64,000 nt of DNA from a virus. This document shows, one piece after another, positions 1 to 8,188 of the stretch (its first letter is position 1; each line of letters begins with the position of its first letter). A model generated the notes under the pieces. It made no database searches and had not been told where the DNA came from. It worked only from the letters and a program-made list of their open reading frames with translations. Location of the stretch: positions 16,647-80,646 of IMG/VR virus record IMGVR_UViG_3300001683_000001, one strand, 5' to 3'. Both the position numbers and the translations under genes were made by a program.

Positions 1-1
1 T

Positions 2-1189
2 TGGGAGGAATACCGGAAGAACCCCGTCATCCTCTACAACCACTCCAAGACCTACGGAGTCATAGGCAAGATGGAGAGGGTCAAGATTGGCGAGTTCAAC
101 GAGATGCAGGTCCCGATAGGAACCGCCATCATTGACGGTGGCGAGAAGGACATCGTGAGGAAGATTCGCAAGGGCTTCCTCAAGGCGTTCTCCATCGGCT
201 TCATCGCTCGCGGGATGGTCAAGGTCTGCGACGACGACGACGAGTGCTATCTCAGATTCACCGACATTGATTGGCTTGAAACTTCAATCGTAGATGTTCC
301 GGCAAGTCCTGACGCACTATTCTCGGTCGAGAAGTCAGTTCATCAGGTGAATGTTCCACAGAACATGAACGACGAATGTGGATGTGGAAACGAATGTTGC
401 GATGGAAAAGAGAAGGAGATGATTGCGCCCGATGTCTTCACCAGCGAGGAAGAAGCCCTTGCGCGAGCAGGGGAGATTGGATGTGCAGGTGTTCATGGGA
501 TGGAAGACGAGGGTGGCTACACGGTTTTCATGCCCTGCTCTACACATGATGAATACGAATCTACGATTGCCTCGGCTAAGAGCGAGTCGAATAGCGCATC
601 GCTCAATAACCCCCTCGCAGCACCCGTTGAGTCAATGACCGCCGATGAGATGGAAATGGAAGTCGCCAATGAACAGGTGATTGAGATGTCTGAGGCTCCC
701 GTAGAGGAAGTCAAAGTGGACATGATAGAAGACACAATTGAAAGTAAGGCTGTCGTAGAGGACCCCGAAGAAATCGAGGCCCCTGAACTACCGAAGCCTC
801 TCGATGTTCTCTTGGATGTCGCAACATCTCTCAAGGCGATTGACGAGCGACTAACCGCCGTCGAGTCATCTATCACACCACCGGCAGACGCGCCGGAGGT
901 TGCAGAACTCAAGGCCGCACTCGCTGAGAAGGATGATGCACTCGCTACCATCGCTCAGGAGAAGGCTACCCAAGATGCTCAGGACGCATACGAAGCAGAC
1001 ATAACTGCCCGCGTCCAAGAAGTCCTATCCTCCTACGGCGTAGAAGCATCGGCAGAGCGCAAGACCGCAACGCCCGATGAGAAAGCACCTTCCACAGACA
1101 TCACACGATTCGACCCACAACCCGAAACAAGCAAGGGCATGAACGGCCTTGCTAATTGGTTAGAGGCCAACCTAATCGCAAGAGGCTAA
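2..1189 (+). CDS. HK97-type prohead protease fused to a C-terminal scaffold region (5' end truncated by window)
   Basis: Frame is open from position 2 (WEEYRKNPVILYNH...). Protease motifs NPVILYNH, LKAFSIGF, LETSIVDVPA; acidic coiled-coil C-terminus; directly upstream of the capsid gene. Confidence 0.88.
   Translation, partial: WEEYRKNPVILYNHSKTYGVIGKMERVKIGEFNEMQVPIGTAIIDGGEKDIVRKIRKGFLKAFSIGFIARGMVKVCDDDDECYLRFTDIDWLETSIVDVPASPDALFSVEKSVHQVNVPQNMNDECGCGNECCDGKEKEMIAPDVFTSEEEALARAGEIGCAGVHGMEDEGGYTVFMPCSTHDEYESTIASAKSESNSASLNNPLAAPVESMTADEMEMEVANEQVIEMSEAPVEEVKVDMIEDTIESKAVVEDPEEIEAPELPKPLDVLLDVATSLKAIDERLTAVESSITPPADAPEVAELKAALAEKDDALATIAQEKATQDAQDAYEADITARVQEVLSSYGVEASAERKTATPDEKAPSTDITRFDPQPETSKGMNGLANWLEANLIARG
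351..366. promoter_or_regulatory. Palindrome box, inside the protease CDS
   Basis: ATGTTCCACAGAACAT. Confidence 0.75.
603..613 (+). promoter_or_regulatory. Class B (structural-gene) promoter motif, internal to the protease gene
   Basis: TCAATAACCCC; same or near-identical motif at 2337 and 4985, each 30-32 nt before an ATG. Confidence 0.6.
635..1189 (+). CDS. Putative scaffolding protein from an internal in-frame start in the protease gene
   Basis: ATG 635 is in frame (MTADEMEMEV...) and preceded at -32 by TCAATAACCCC, the motif found upstream of other structural genes. Confidence 0.6.
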   Translation: MTADEMEMEVANEQVIEMSEAPVEEVKVDMIEDTIESKAVVEDPEEIEAPELPKPLDVLLDVATSLKAIDERLTAVESSITPPADAPEVAELKAALAEKDDALATIAQEKATQDAQDAYEADITARVQEVLSSYGVEASAERKTATPDEKAPSTDITRFDPQPETSKGMNGLANWLEANLIARG

Positions 1190-1221
1190 TGGGAAGAACA
1201 CAAAAAAATAGAGGGAATAAA

Positions 1222-2268
1222 ATGACTGACGAACAATTTACAGATGTAGTAGAGCGAGTGAAAGCCGCATTGGGTGGAGCATCATCCAGCACAGGTGGAA
1301 CTATGCTACCGACTGAAACCGCAGACGAAATAATCCGCATCGTGTATGAGAGAAACTTCATGCGAAGTCTATTCCCCTCACTACCGATGGGAACACAGAC
1401 CGTGAATGTGCCGAGCCTCACAGGCTCCGTCACATTCCACGAACAGACGCTTTCCATGTCGGAGGCTGGAACCGCCGCAACCGAGTCGCGCAACGCGACC
1501 GGCGAATTGGTGCTGACCCTCAAGACCATGATAGCGAACTGCCCTGTTGGGAACTACCTGATTGCATACGGTGTTGAAGGATTACTCTCGGTCATCCGCG
1601 ACGACATCGGCTCTCGCCTTGCCTTCAACGAGGCAAGCCTATTCATCAACGGCGACACGACTACCACTTCATCCTACGCAGACAACATCAACGGACTCTA
1701 CAATGCCTCAACCAATGTGACCGGTGTGAGCGCAACCGTGAACGATTACCTACTGATGTTCAACGGCCTCCGCAAGCAAGCAGGGAAGACCGTCACAGTC
1801 GCAGGGACCTTTGGTCTTGATGACCTACGGACGGGCCTGAATGAATTGGGCGTGTATGCAGAGAACCGGGACGACCTCGCACTCATCGTGCCGAGGAACT
1901 TGGAAGTTCAGATTCTTGGAATCACCGAACTACAAACTGTGGACAAATATGGACCCAACGCGACTATCCTCAACGGAGAGGTCGGCAAGATTTACGGAAT
2001 CAGCGTCTTCGCTACTTCCGCTATCGCCACCAACCTCAACGCGACCGGTGTCTTCGACGGCATAACCACCAACAAGACGGTGGCTGTTCTGTGCAACAGG
2101 CGTTCCCCAATAATCGGGAACTCGACTGTGAGCGACCGCAGGTTCTCGATAGACTTCCACGACGAGCCAACGAAGGACCGATTCGTCTTGATTCCACGAC
2201 AGGACATAGCATTCGGTCTGCGCTACGCAGATGCCGTCTGCAAGATGGTCGGAATCACCACAGTCTGA
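1222..2268 (+). CDS. Major capsid protein (HK97 fold)
   Basis: 348 aa; GGTMLPTETADEII, EASLFINGD, GEVGKIYGISV, RQDIAFGLRY; follows the protease; GAGGG RBS before ATG 1222. Confidence 0.93.
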   Translation: MTDEQFTDVVERVKAALGGASSSTGGTMLPTETADEIIRIVYERNFMRSLFPSLPMGTQTVNVPSLTGSVTFHEQTLSMSEAGTAATESRNATGELVLTLKTMIANCPVGNYLIAYGVEGLLSVIRDDIGSRLAFNEASLFINGDTTTTSSYADNINGLYNASTNVTGVSATVNDYLLMFNGLRKQAGKTVTVAGTFGLDDLRTGLNELGVYAENRDDLALIVPRNLEVQILGITELQTVDKYGPNATILNGEVGKIYGISVFATSAIATNLNATGVFDGITTNKTVAVLCNRRSPIIGNSTVSDRRFSIDFHDEPTKDRFVLIPRQDIAFGLRYADAVCKMVGITTV

Positions 2269-2366
2269 GTCGGCTGACCGCTACTACTGACTGACTAACT
2301 ATCACCATTGAGGCCGCGCCTTGCGCGCCGCGACGGTGAATAACCCCAACAAGGGAGGAATAGGAC

Positions 2367-3047
2367 ATGGTGACGACAGGTATCACGATGGGGCCACTCA
2401 TCATTGATGAATCCACAGTCACCTATCTCGACTACTGCACTCTTGCTGATGTGGAGGCATACGCAGGGGTCAATTTCAGCGATGGGATTGGACCCACAGA
2501 TGCCGAGATTGGGACGATGATTACCAACGCTTCTCGACTCGTAGATACCTTCGCCGGAGTTCAGATTGCCGGAACTGTATCAGCCACCGAGTTTTTCGAC
2601 GCCAACATCTTCCAATCTCACCTCGTTCTCACTCGCAGACCCGTCGCCTCGGTGACGAACATTTGGGAGGTTGATGACGCCGGGAGTGAAACGGCGTTGG
2701 TGCAGGGCAGGGTTCGGAACACCTCCGACTATTTCCTCCACGACGGGGATGCGGGAATCGTTCGGTTCATGGGGAACCTTGAGAGGACCGCGAAGGAGTA
2801 TATCAAAGTCCAATACATCTCAGGCAACACCACTCCACCACCCGAAGCCAAGATGGCTACAATCATGCTCGTAGTTCGCAACGCCGCGCGCGCCGCACTC
2901 AACGACGAGAACTGCATGGACCGCATCAAGGAGATGTGGTCGCGCTTGCTCAGGTCAGCCGACGATGATGTGAGTGATATGCTCGCTCTCGTCAAGAATA
3001 ACGCCCCCGTTGCGGTGGCGACTTTCGGGCTGGATGGGGCATACTGA
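2367..3047 (+). CDS. Head-tail connector/adaptor protein
   Basis: YCTLADVEAY...ASRLVD...YISG pattern typical of gp6/gp15-like adaptors; position after the capsid gene. Confidence 0.75.
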   Translation: MVTTGITMGPLIIDESTVTYLDYCTLADVEAYAGVNFSDGIGPTDAEIGTMITNASRLVDTFAGVQIAGTVSATEFFDANIFQSHLVLTRRPVASVTNIWEVDDAGSETALVQGRVRNTSDYFLHDGDAGIVRFMGNLERTAKEYIKVQYISGNTTPPPEAKMATIMLVVRNAARAALNDENCMDRIKEMWSRLLRSADDDVSDMLALVKNNAPVAVATFGLDGAY

Positions 3048-3565
3048 TGGCTATCACAGACGCAGGTGTCCCGGCCATTGACCCTCACACGATGCTGACG
3101 AGTCTGCTGACGAGCAACATGACCTCACCGGATGGAGTATGGACTCCGACCGTCAATGCAGAATGGCTTGAGTTCAAGAAGCAGAAGACCTACCAAATCG
3201 CCATCACACCTCTCTACTCAGCCTCCACCGAGTTCAACCTCACAGGAGGCAACAGCACAGCCGAGCCACGCATCTCCACAGCATACTACTCCATCACCCT
3301 GTTCGCTCCCACTCGCATCAAGGTGTGGGGCCTCTATCAGAAGGCGATGCTCGTTCTCAACAATCAGACCTTGACCTCTCCGCAATCGGGTGGGACCTAC
3401 GCTGGTGTGGCCTCGACAGACTACCACTTCGTCAGAGTCATCCGAACCGAGGAATCGAAAGCCGTCCGCATCTCCGACCCTGACTGTGGTCCGGGCAAGA
3501 CCAATGATTCTGATTGTGTAGGCTACCGTGTGGAAATCACAGTAGCCTGTCGCTGGAATGAGTGA
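3047..3565 (+). CDS. Putative tail terminator/completion protein
   Basis: 172 aa, coupled to the adaptor gene; call rests mainly on synteny. Confidence 0.5.
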   Translation: MAITDAGVPAIDPHTMLTSLLTSNMTSPDGVWTPTVNAEWLEFKKQKTYQIAITPLYSASTEFNLTGGNSTAEPRISTAYYSITLFAPTRIKVWGLYQKAMLVLNNQTLTSPQSGGTYAGVASTDYHFVRVIRTEESKAVRISDPDCGPGKTNDSDCVGYRVEITVACRWNE

Positions 3566-3610
3566 GTAGGCTCAACGGTTAAAAGCCCCGAAGATGGGGA
3601 GGTTCAAACA

Positions 3611-4027
3611 ATGGGTCTTGCAGATTTACTCAAGGACGAATTGAAAGCATTGTGTGTGGAACACGAACTCGCCACAGACGGAACGAAGTCTGACTTGGTG
3701 GCTCGCTTAGAGCCGGTGTTGTCGTGGGACAACGAGAACGATGGAAATGAGGCCGAGGAAGGCCCCATAGAGGCCGAGGAAGCATCTGAGGGTGGTAATA
3801 CCGCATCTGAGGGTGACGATGACTCAGAACAGCCTCAATCAGATGACGCTCAATTCATCCACGACACCTACATGAAAGTGCTTGGTCATGGACCGGACGA
3901 GGGTCACATGAATCATTACTGCAAGATGTTGCTCTACGGGAATATGTCGCGCGATGATGTGACTTATGGAATCGAGAATTGTATGGAAGCCCTACGACTC
4001 AACGCAGAACTTTCGGAAGATGAGTAA
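3611..4027 (+). CDS. SAP-domain protein with acidic linker and DUF4214-like C-terminus
   Basis: LKDELKALC..ELATDGTKSDLVARL (SAP); FIHDTYMKVLGHGPDEGH..HY (DUF4214-like). Confidence 0.7.
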   Translation: MGLADLLKDELKALCVEHELATDGTKSDLVARLEPVLSWDNENDGNEAEEGPIEAEEASEGGNTASEGDDDSEQPQSDDAQFIHDTYMKVLGHGPDEGHMNHYCKMLLYGNMSRDDVTYGIENCMEALRLNAELSEDE

Positions 4028-4413
4028 TGCCCTATAAGGACCCGGTAAAACGCCGGGAATACAACCGTCGCTATCAGAAGGCATACTACCGCAAGCATAT
4101 CGTTGTGATGCGTCAGAGGGTCAAGAACCGCAAGCGTGAGATTAGACGCTGGTTTGAGGAATACAAACAGGGGTTTGAGTGCGAAGTCTGCGGCTTCTCC
4201 GGTGAGGAATGTGCGTGGTCACTTGAGTTCCATCATAAGGACCCATCGGAGAAGGACAACATCATCGCCTACATGGTCGGCAACGCCTACTCCAAGAAGC
4301 GCATCCAAGCGGAGATAGCGAAGTGTTCTGTCCTCTGCGCCAACCACCATCGTCAATTGCATTTCGATGAGCGTCAGGCTCGGCTGGCTCAGGAAGATGA
4401 CGAGCAAGAATGA
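4027..4413 (+). CDS. HNH endonuclease
   Basis: CEVCG...LEFHHKDP...CSVLCANHH; basic N-terminus. Confidence 0.88.
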   Translation: MPYKDPVKRREYNRRYQKAYYRKHIVVMRQRVKNRKREIRRWFEEYKQGFECEVCGFSGEECAWSLEFHHKDPSEKDNIIAYMVGNAYSKKRIQAEIAKCSVLCANHHRQLHFDERQARLAQEDDEQE

Positions 4414-4455
4414 GCCGCCTTCGGCAGACTTGCCAGCAGGTCCAACCGACCCGAA

Positions 4456-4471
4456 ATGTTCTGTGGAACAT
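4456..4471. promoter_or_regulatory. Palindrome box + CG tract
   Basis: ATGTTCTGTGGAACAT followed by cgcgtgcgcgtgcgcgcg. Confidence 0.85.
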
Positions 4472-4600
4472 CGCCCTCGCGTGCGCGTGCGCGCGAGCGC
4501 GTGAGGCCAAACTTCGATTCCAGCCTGATTTCGACGATTCGCCTCGCAGGTGTGTGGGGGCGCGGGCGCGTGTGTGCGCGCGGGCGCGAGGAACGGCGAG

Positions 4601-4614
4601 TTCAAGACGGTGGG
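4601..4614 (+). promoter_or_regulatory. Class A promoter motif
   Basis: TTCAAGACGGTGGG, ATG at +31. Confidence 0.75.
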
Positions 4615-4631
4615 GATTCGTGGCGGGAATC

Positions 4632-4991
4632 ATGGCGAAGAAGGGCGTTGTCCTGTGTGGTAGGAAGTGGAAGGGTCGCTGTGATATTCACGACCGGAAG
4701 TGTTCCATCCCTGTCGAGTTCCCATCAGGAGATTCTCGGTTGGATTTCGTAGCCAAGATGAGGCGCATGGGAGGGCAGAGTCACTCGGCTGATTCTGACC
4801 ATCGCTGTGACCTATGCGAGCGCGAGCGTCAGGAAGGAAGGCACGCTGGTTGGTATCGAACTGACCCGAAGGATGGAAAGGTCAAACCGACGGCTCTCGT
4901 TGAGAGGTTGGAGAAGGAGCGGCGAGAGAAGCGCGAGAGGATTGAGAAGGAGAAGCGCAAGAGAGCCAAACGACACCGCGACAGTCAATAA
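4632..4991 (+). CDS. Hypothetical basic Cys/His protein
   Basis: Start set at ATG 4632 (class A promoter motif at -31); C/H pairs and a K/R-rich tail. Confidence 0.6.
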   Translation: MAKKGVVLCGRKWKGRCDIHDRKCSIPVEFPSGDSRLDFVAKMRRMGGQSHSADSDHRCDLCERERQEGRHAGWYRTDPKDGKVKPTALVERLEKERREKRERIEKEKRKRAKRHRDSQ

Positions 4992-5014
4992 CCCCTTCAT
5001 GTGAGTCGTATGGC

Positions 5015-5410
5015 ATGGCTGTCCATGCTTTCACCGGAGTCACCGGAAAAATTACCACTAACGGCACTCTTGTTGGATATGTGAGTGGCGACTTCACACT
5101 CGCTACTGCAACCGGCAAGTATGTGACTCTTGGAAGCAACAGCGCGACCGCAAATACTCGCGGTCTGAACTCGGCAAGTGGAACTCTCAAGAAGGCTTGG
5201 GGTCTTGACGACGACGAATTGTATATTTGGTTCAATGGTGATTCGGAATACGACATCATCTTCGATGCTGATTCGGCAGGGACTCACTCCTACACGATTT
5301 CATCTTGCGTCATCACAGATTTTGCGATTGAGGGCCTTGAGGCAGGGAGCGAGGGCGCGTTAATGGTCAATGCTTCCTTTGAGGGCCTCACATGGACCCG
5401 CGATGTTTGA
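5015..5410 (+). CDS. Major tail (tube) protein
   Basis: 131 aa, beta-rich, T/G/S-rich; lies upstream of chaperone and tape measure genes. Confidence 0.72.
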   Translation: MAVHAFTGVTGKITTNGTLVGYVSGDFTLATATGKYVTLGSNSATANTRGLNSASGTLKKAWGLDDDELYIWFNGDSEYDIIFDADSAGTHSYTISSCVITDFAIEGLEAGSEGALMVNASFEGLTWTRDV

Positions 5411-5468
5411 GAGTGACCCCTCCCATTGATAACGGTGGGGATTGCTGGTTAATTCCGAGGACGATAAG

Positions 5469-5807
5469 ATGTCGTGGATTGATGGCGCAATTGAATCGGG
5501 GAATGCTCCGATTGATGTGGATGTATCAGACCTCGACCTTGATGTGGATGTTATCCAAGTCAAACCAATCTCAGCCAATGAATATAACCTACTCAAACAG
5601 GACCCCGAAGTCACCAAGATTACCGATGAGCAAGACCGCTTGGAAATCTTGGGGATGCTCACCGTTTGCACGATGCTCAAGAAGTGCGACAATACTATCT
5701 CATGGGGCAAGTTCAGACAGATGCCTCTCACTCTCATCTCCAAACTCGCAACACTATGCACCGAAGCCGTCGGAACCGATGGTGGTGGTGGTGTCTTGGG
5801 GGAATAG
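5469..5807 (+). CDS. Tail assembly chaperone (gpG-like)
   Basis: Between tube and tape measure genes; ends TTG GGG GAA TAG. Confidence 0.7.
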   Translation: MSWIDGAIESGNAPIDVDVSDLDLDVDVIQVKPISANEYNLLKQDPEVTKITDEQDRLEILGMLTVCTMLKKCDNTISWGKFRQMPLTLISKLATLCTEAVGTDGGGGVLGE

Positions 5808-5968
5808 CGACAGCATCTCAATCGCCGGACGGTCAATACCTGTTCGCTCTGCTCACTACAATCGGAATCACGCTCGACGAGTGGCGCGACCTCGACCCGC
5901 GAGATTCGGTGTTCTACTCAGCCGCATTCTCGGAGCAGAATCGACAGAAAAACAAGACTCGCAGATAG
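5798..5968 (+). CDS. -1 frameshift extension of the tail chaperone (gpGT-like)
   Basis: The -1 frame (GGIATASQSPDGQYLFALL...DEWRDLDPRD) stays open to 5968; G-run at 5798-5802. Confidence 0.6.
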   Translation, partial: GGIATASQSPDGQYLFALLTTIGITLDEWRDLDPRDSVFYSAAFSEQNRQKNKTRR

Positions 5969-5980
5969 AGGTGATGACCT

Positions 5981-8188
5981 GTGGCTGATGACGCCAAACT
6001 CAAGGTCATCATCGAAGGCGATTCAAAGGCTCTCATCGCCGCTGTTGGGGCGGCATCAGCCGCGACGGCATCAGGCGGCAAGGACATCAAAGGCTCTCTC
6101 GCTTCGATAGGGAAGGCATTCACCGTAATGGGAATCGCGGCGGTGGCGGCAGGGACGGCAATCACAATCGGATTCGTGAAGAAGTCGGTGAATGCGTTCA
6201 TCGAGTTTGAGCAAAGCCTGACCCGCATCAACGCTGTGATGACCGAACTCGATGCAACCCAACGACAGACTCTCCAACAGAGCATCCGCGACATCGCCGC
6301 CGAATCACAATTCACAGCCCGACAGGTCACGGACGCGGCGACCCAATTGGTCTTCGCAGGTATGGCCTATGACGACCTCATCGGTGACGAGGACAAAGGC
6401 ATCACAGGTGCAGTATCAGCCCTCGTTGATTTCGCCATCGCCGCTGGAACCCCGGTCGAAACAGCCGCCGAGATTTCGATGGCCGCGCTGAGTGGATTCG
6501 GCTTGGAAGTCAAGGAGATGACGAGGGTCATGGATGTGATGATGACCACCTACACCTCCGCCTTCGTGACGCTTGAGGAACTCGGTCAGACGATGAAGTT
6601 CCTCGCACCCACAGCGAGGGCCGCTGGTATCTCAATCGAGGAAGCCGCAGCAGCAGCGGGCGCACTCGGAAATGCGGGCCTAAAAGGGACTATTGCAGGG
6701 ACCGGGTTGCGTATGTCTATCAACAAATTACTCTCTCCGACTGACGATGCCCGGAAGGTCATGGACGAACTCGGACTCTCCTTCTTCACACTCACTCCGC
6801 GAGGCGAAACAGCGCAAGTCGCGTTGCAGGGATTGTCCGGTTCCTTGCGCCAATCCACACGCGAATTAGAGGCCACCAAGTTTGCCGTCGAAGCACTCAA
6901 CAACGAACTCTCAGACCTTTCAATCGAACAGCAGAGGAACAGCCTCGCCATCGCTGAGATTCGACAGCGAGCCGCGCGTCAGGGTAGAACCTTGACTGAC
7001 CAAGAAATCAAGACGGTCGAGAGGCTCCAAATGGCGAATGAGGACTTGAGCATCCAACAGCAACGACTCGGTATAGAGCAAGCGGTAGCGACGAAGGCAC
7101 AGGAGAAGAACTCTAAAACGGTGGCTGACCAAAAGCGGCTATATGGTAGCCTCAATCGAGAGGTTCAGATGCAGACCACAGGACTAACAAGCCTCGTTGA
7201 TGTGATTAACCAATTGGAGGCGGCAGGTGCTACCACATCACAGGTCTTGGAGATATTCTCTGTGCGCGGTGGAACCGCCATCATGGCTCTCTTGGGACAG
7301 GCTGATGCCTTCCGAGATTTGACCGAGGCTAACTACGAATCACAGGGAGCGTTGGCGGCATTCATTGAGGAAATCAAGACCTCGGTAGCCTTCGCTATGA
7401 TGCAAGTCAAATCGAACTTTGAAGAAACCCAATTGGTCATCGGTGAAATCTTCGCAGACCTACTCACGATGGATGGTGGGGTTGCCGAGGCGATGAACGG
7501 AATCGCGGAGAGTATTCGCGCTAACAAGGAGGATTGGAAGGACTTGGCTAAATCAATAGGCGACACCATCGTCCCGTTGCTTTTCGCAATACCCGCCCTC
7601 ATCGACGGCATCACACGCGCATTCGCAAACATGAGGCCATTCCTCAATGTAATCGTAGGGCTGTTCAAACTTCTCGGAATCATTCTATGGCCCGTCTTCA
7701 AACTCCTTGAGGGAATCGCATGGGTAGTGGAAAAACTCACCGGCTCAGGCAAAGCAGGTAGCGTGGCTGCTTCGGCAGGTGCGGGGGTGGCAACAGGAGC
7801 CGCTATCGGTAGTATCATTCCGGGTGTCGGCACAGCCGTCGGAGCCGTTGTTGGAGGTGTTGCCGGAACCATCGGAGCGTTGCACGAAGGCGGAGTCACG
7901 ACGGGGCCAAGTGTGAATCTCATTGGAGAGGCTGGCCCGGAGGCCATTATCCCACTCGACAAACTTCCCCGAATTATCGCAGATGCCGGATATGTTCCAC
8001 AGAACATGGCCGCATCCCCGCGCGGGGGGCCAGCGCAATCGGCAGGTGGATTAACCATCAATTTCGGAAGCATCTCTATCTCAGGTGGAACCAACATGAC
8101 GAGTGCATCAATTCGTGAAATCATGCGAACCGAGATGCCGAAAATCGTGAAGGACTCCTACGCAAGTGGAGCAAGGGGAGTGGTCTGA
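5981..8188 (+). CDS. Tail tape measure protein (TP901-like)
   Basis: FEQSL...SQFTARQV..A...GNAGLKGTIAGTGLR; C-terminal LHEGGV..IGEAGPEAIIPL. Confidence 0.93.
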   Translation: MADDAKLKVIIEGDSKALIAAVGAASAATASGGKDIKGSLASIGKAFTVMGIAAVAAGTAITIGFVKKSVNAFIEFEQSLTRINAVMTELDATQRQTLQQSIRDIAAESQFTARQVTDAATQLVFAGMAYDDLIGDEDKGITGAVSALVDFAIAAGTPVETAAEISMAALSGFGLEVKEMTRVMDVMMTTYTSAFVTLEELGQTMKFLAPTARAAGISIEEAAAAAGALGNAGLKGTIAGTGLRMSINKLLSPTDDARKVMDELGLSFFTLTPRGETAQVALQGLSGSLRQSTRELEATKFAVEALNNELSDLSIEQQRNSLAIAEIRQRAARQGRTLTDQEIKTVERLQMANEDLSIQQQRLGIEQAVATKAQEKNSKTVADQKRLYGSLNREVQMQTTGLTSLVDVINQLEAAGATTSQVLEIFSVRGGTAIMALLGQADAFRDLTEANYESQGALAAFIEEIKTSVAFAMMQVKSNFEETQLVIGEIFADLLTMDGGVAEAMNGIAESIRANKEDWKDLAKSIGDTIVPLLFAIPALIDGITRAFANMRPFLNVIVGLFKLLGIILWPVFKLLEGIAWVVEKLTGSGKAGSVAASAGAGVATGAAIGSIIPGVGTAVGAVVGGVAGTIGALHEGGVTTGPSVNLIGEAGPEAIIPLDKLPRIIADAGYVPQNMAASPRGGPAQSAGGLTINFGSISISGGTNMTSASIREIMRTEMPKIVKDSYASGARGVV
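7992..8007. promoter_or_regulatory. Palindrome box, inside the tape measure CDS
   Basis: ATGTTCCACAGAACAT. Confidence 0.75.

Noticed and set aside
4456-4471. Box as a Gram-positive LexA (Cheo) box or a true parS
   Set aside because: The Cheo box is GAAC-N4-GTTC (opposite arm order); parS has a 6-bp CACGTG centre. No LexA or ParB was recognised in the window.
7333-8124. 263-aa minus-strand ORF and similar antisense ORFs across core genes
   Set aside because: Fully overlap well-supported + strand genes and show no motifs.
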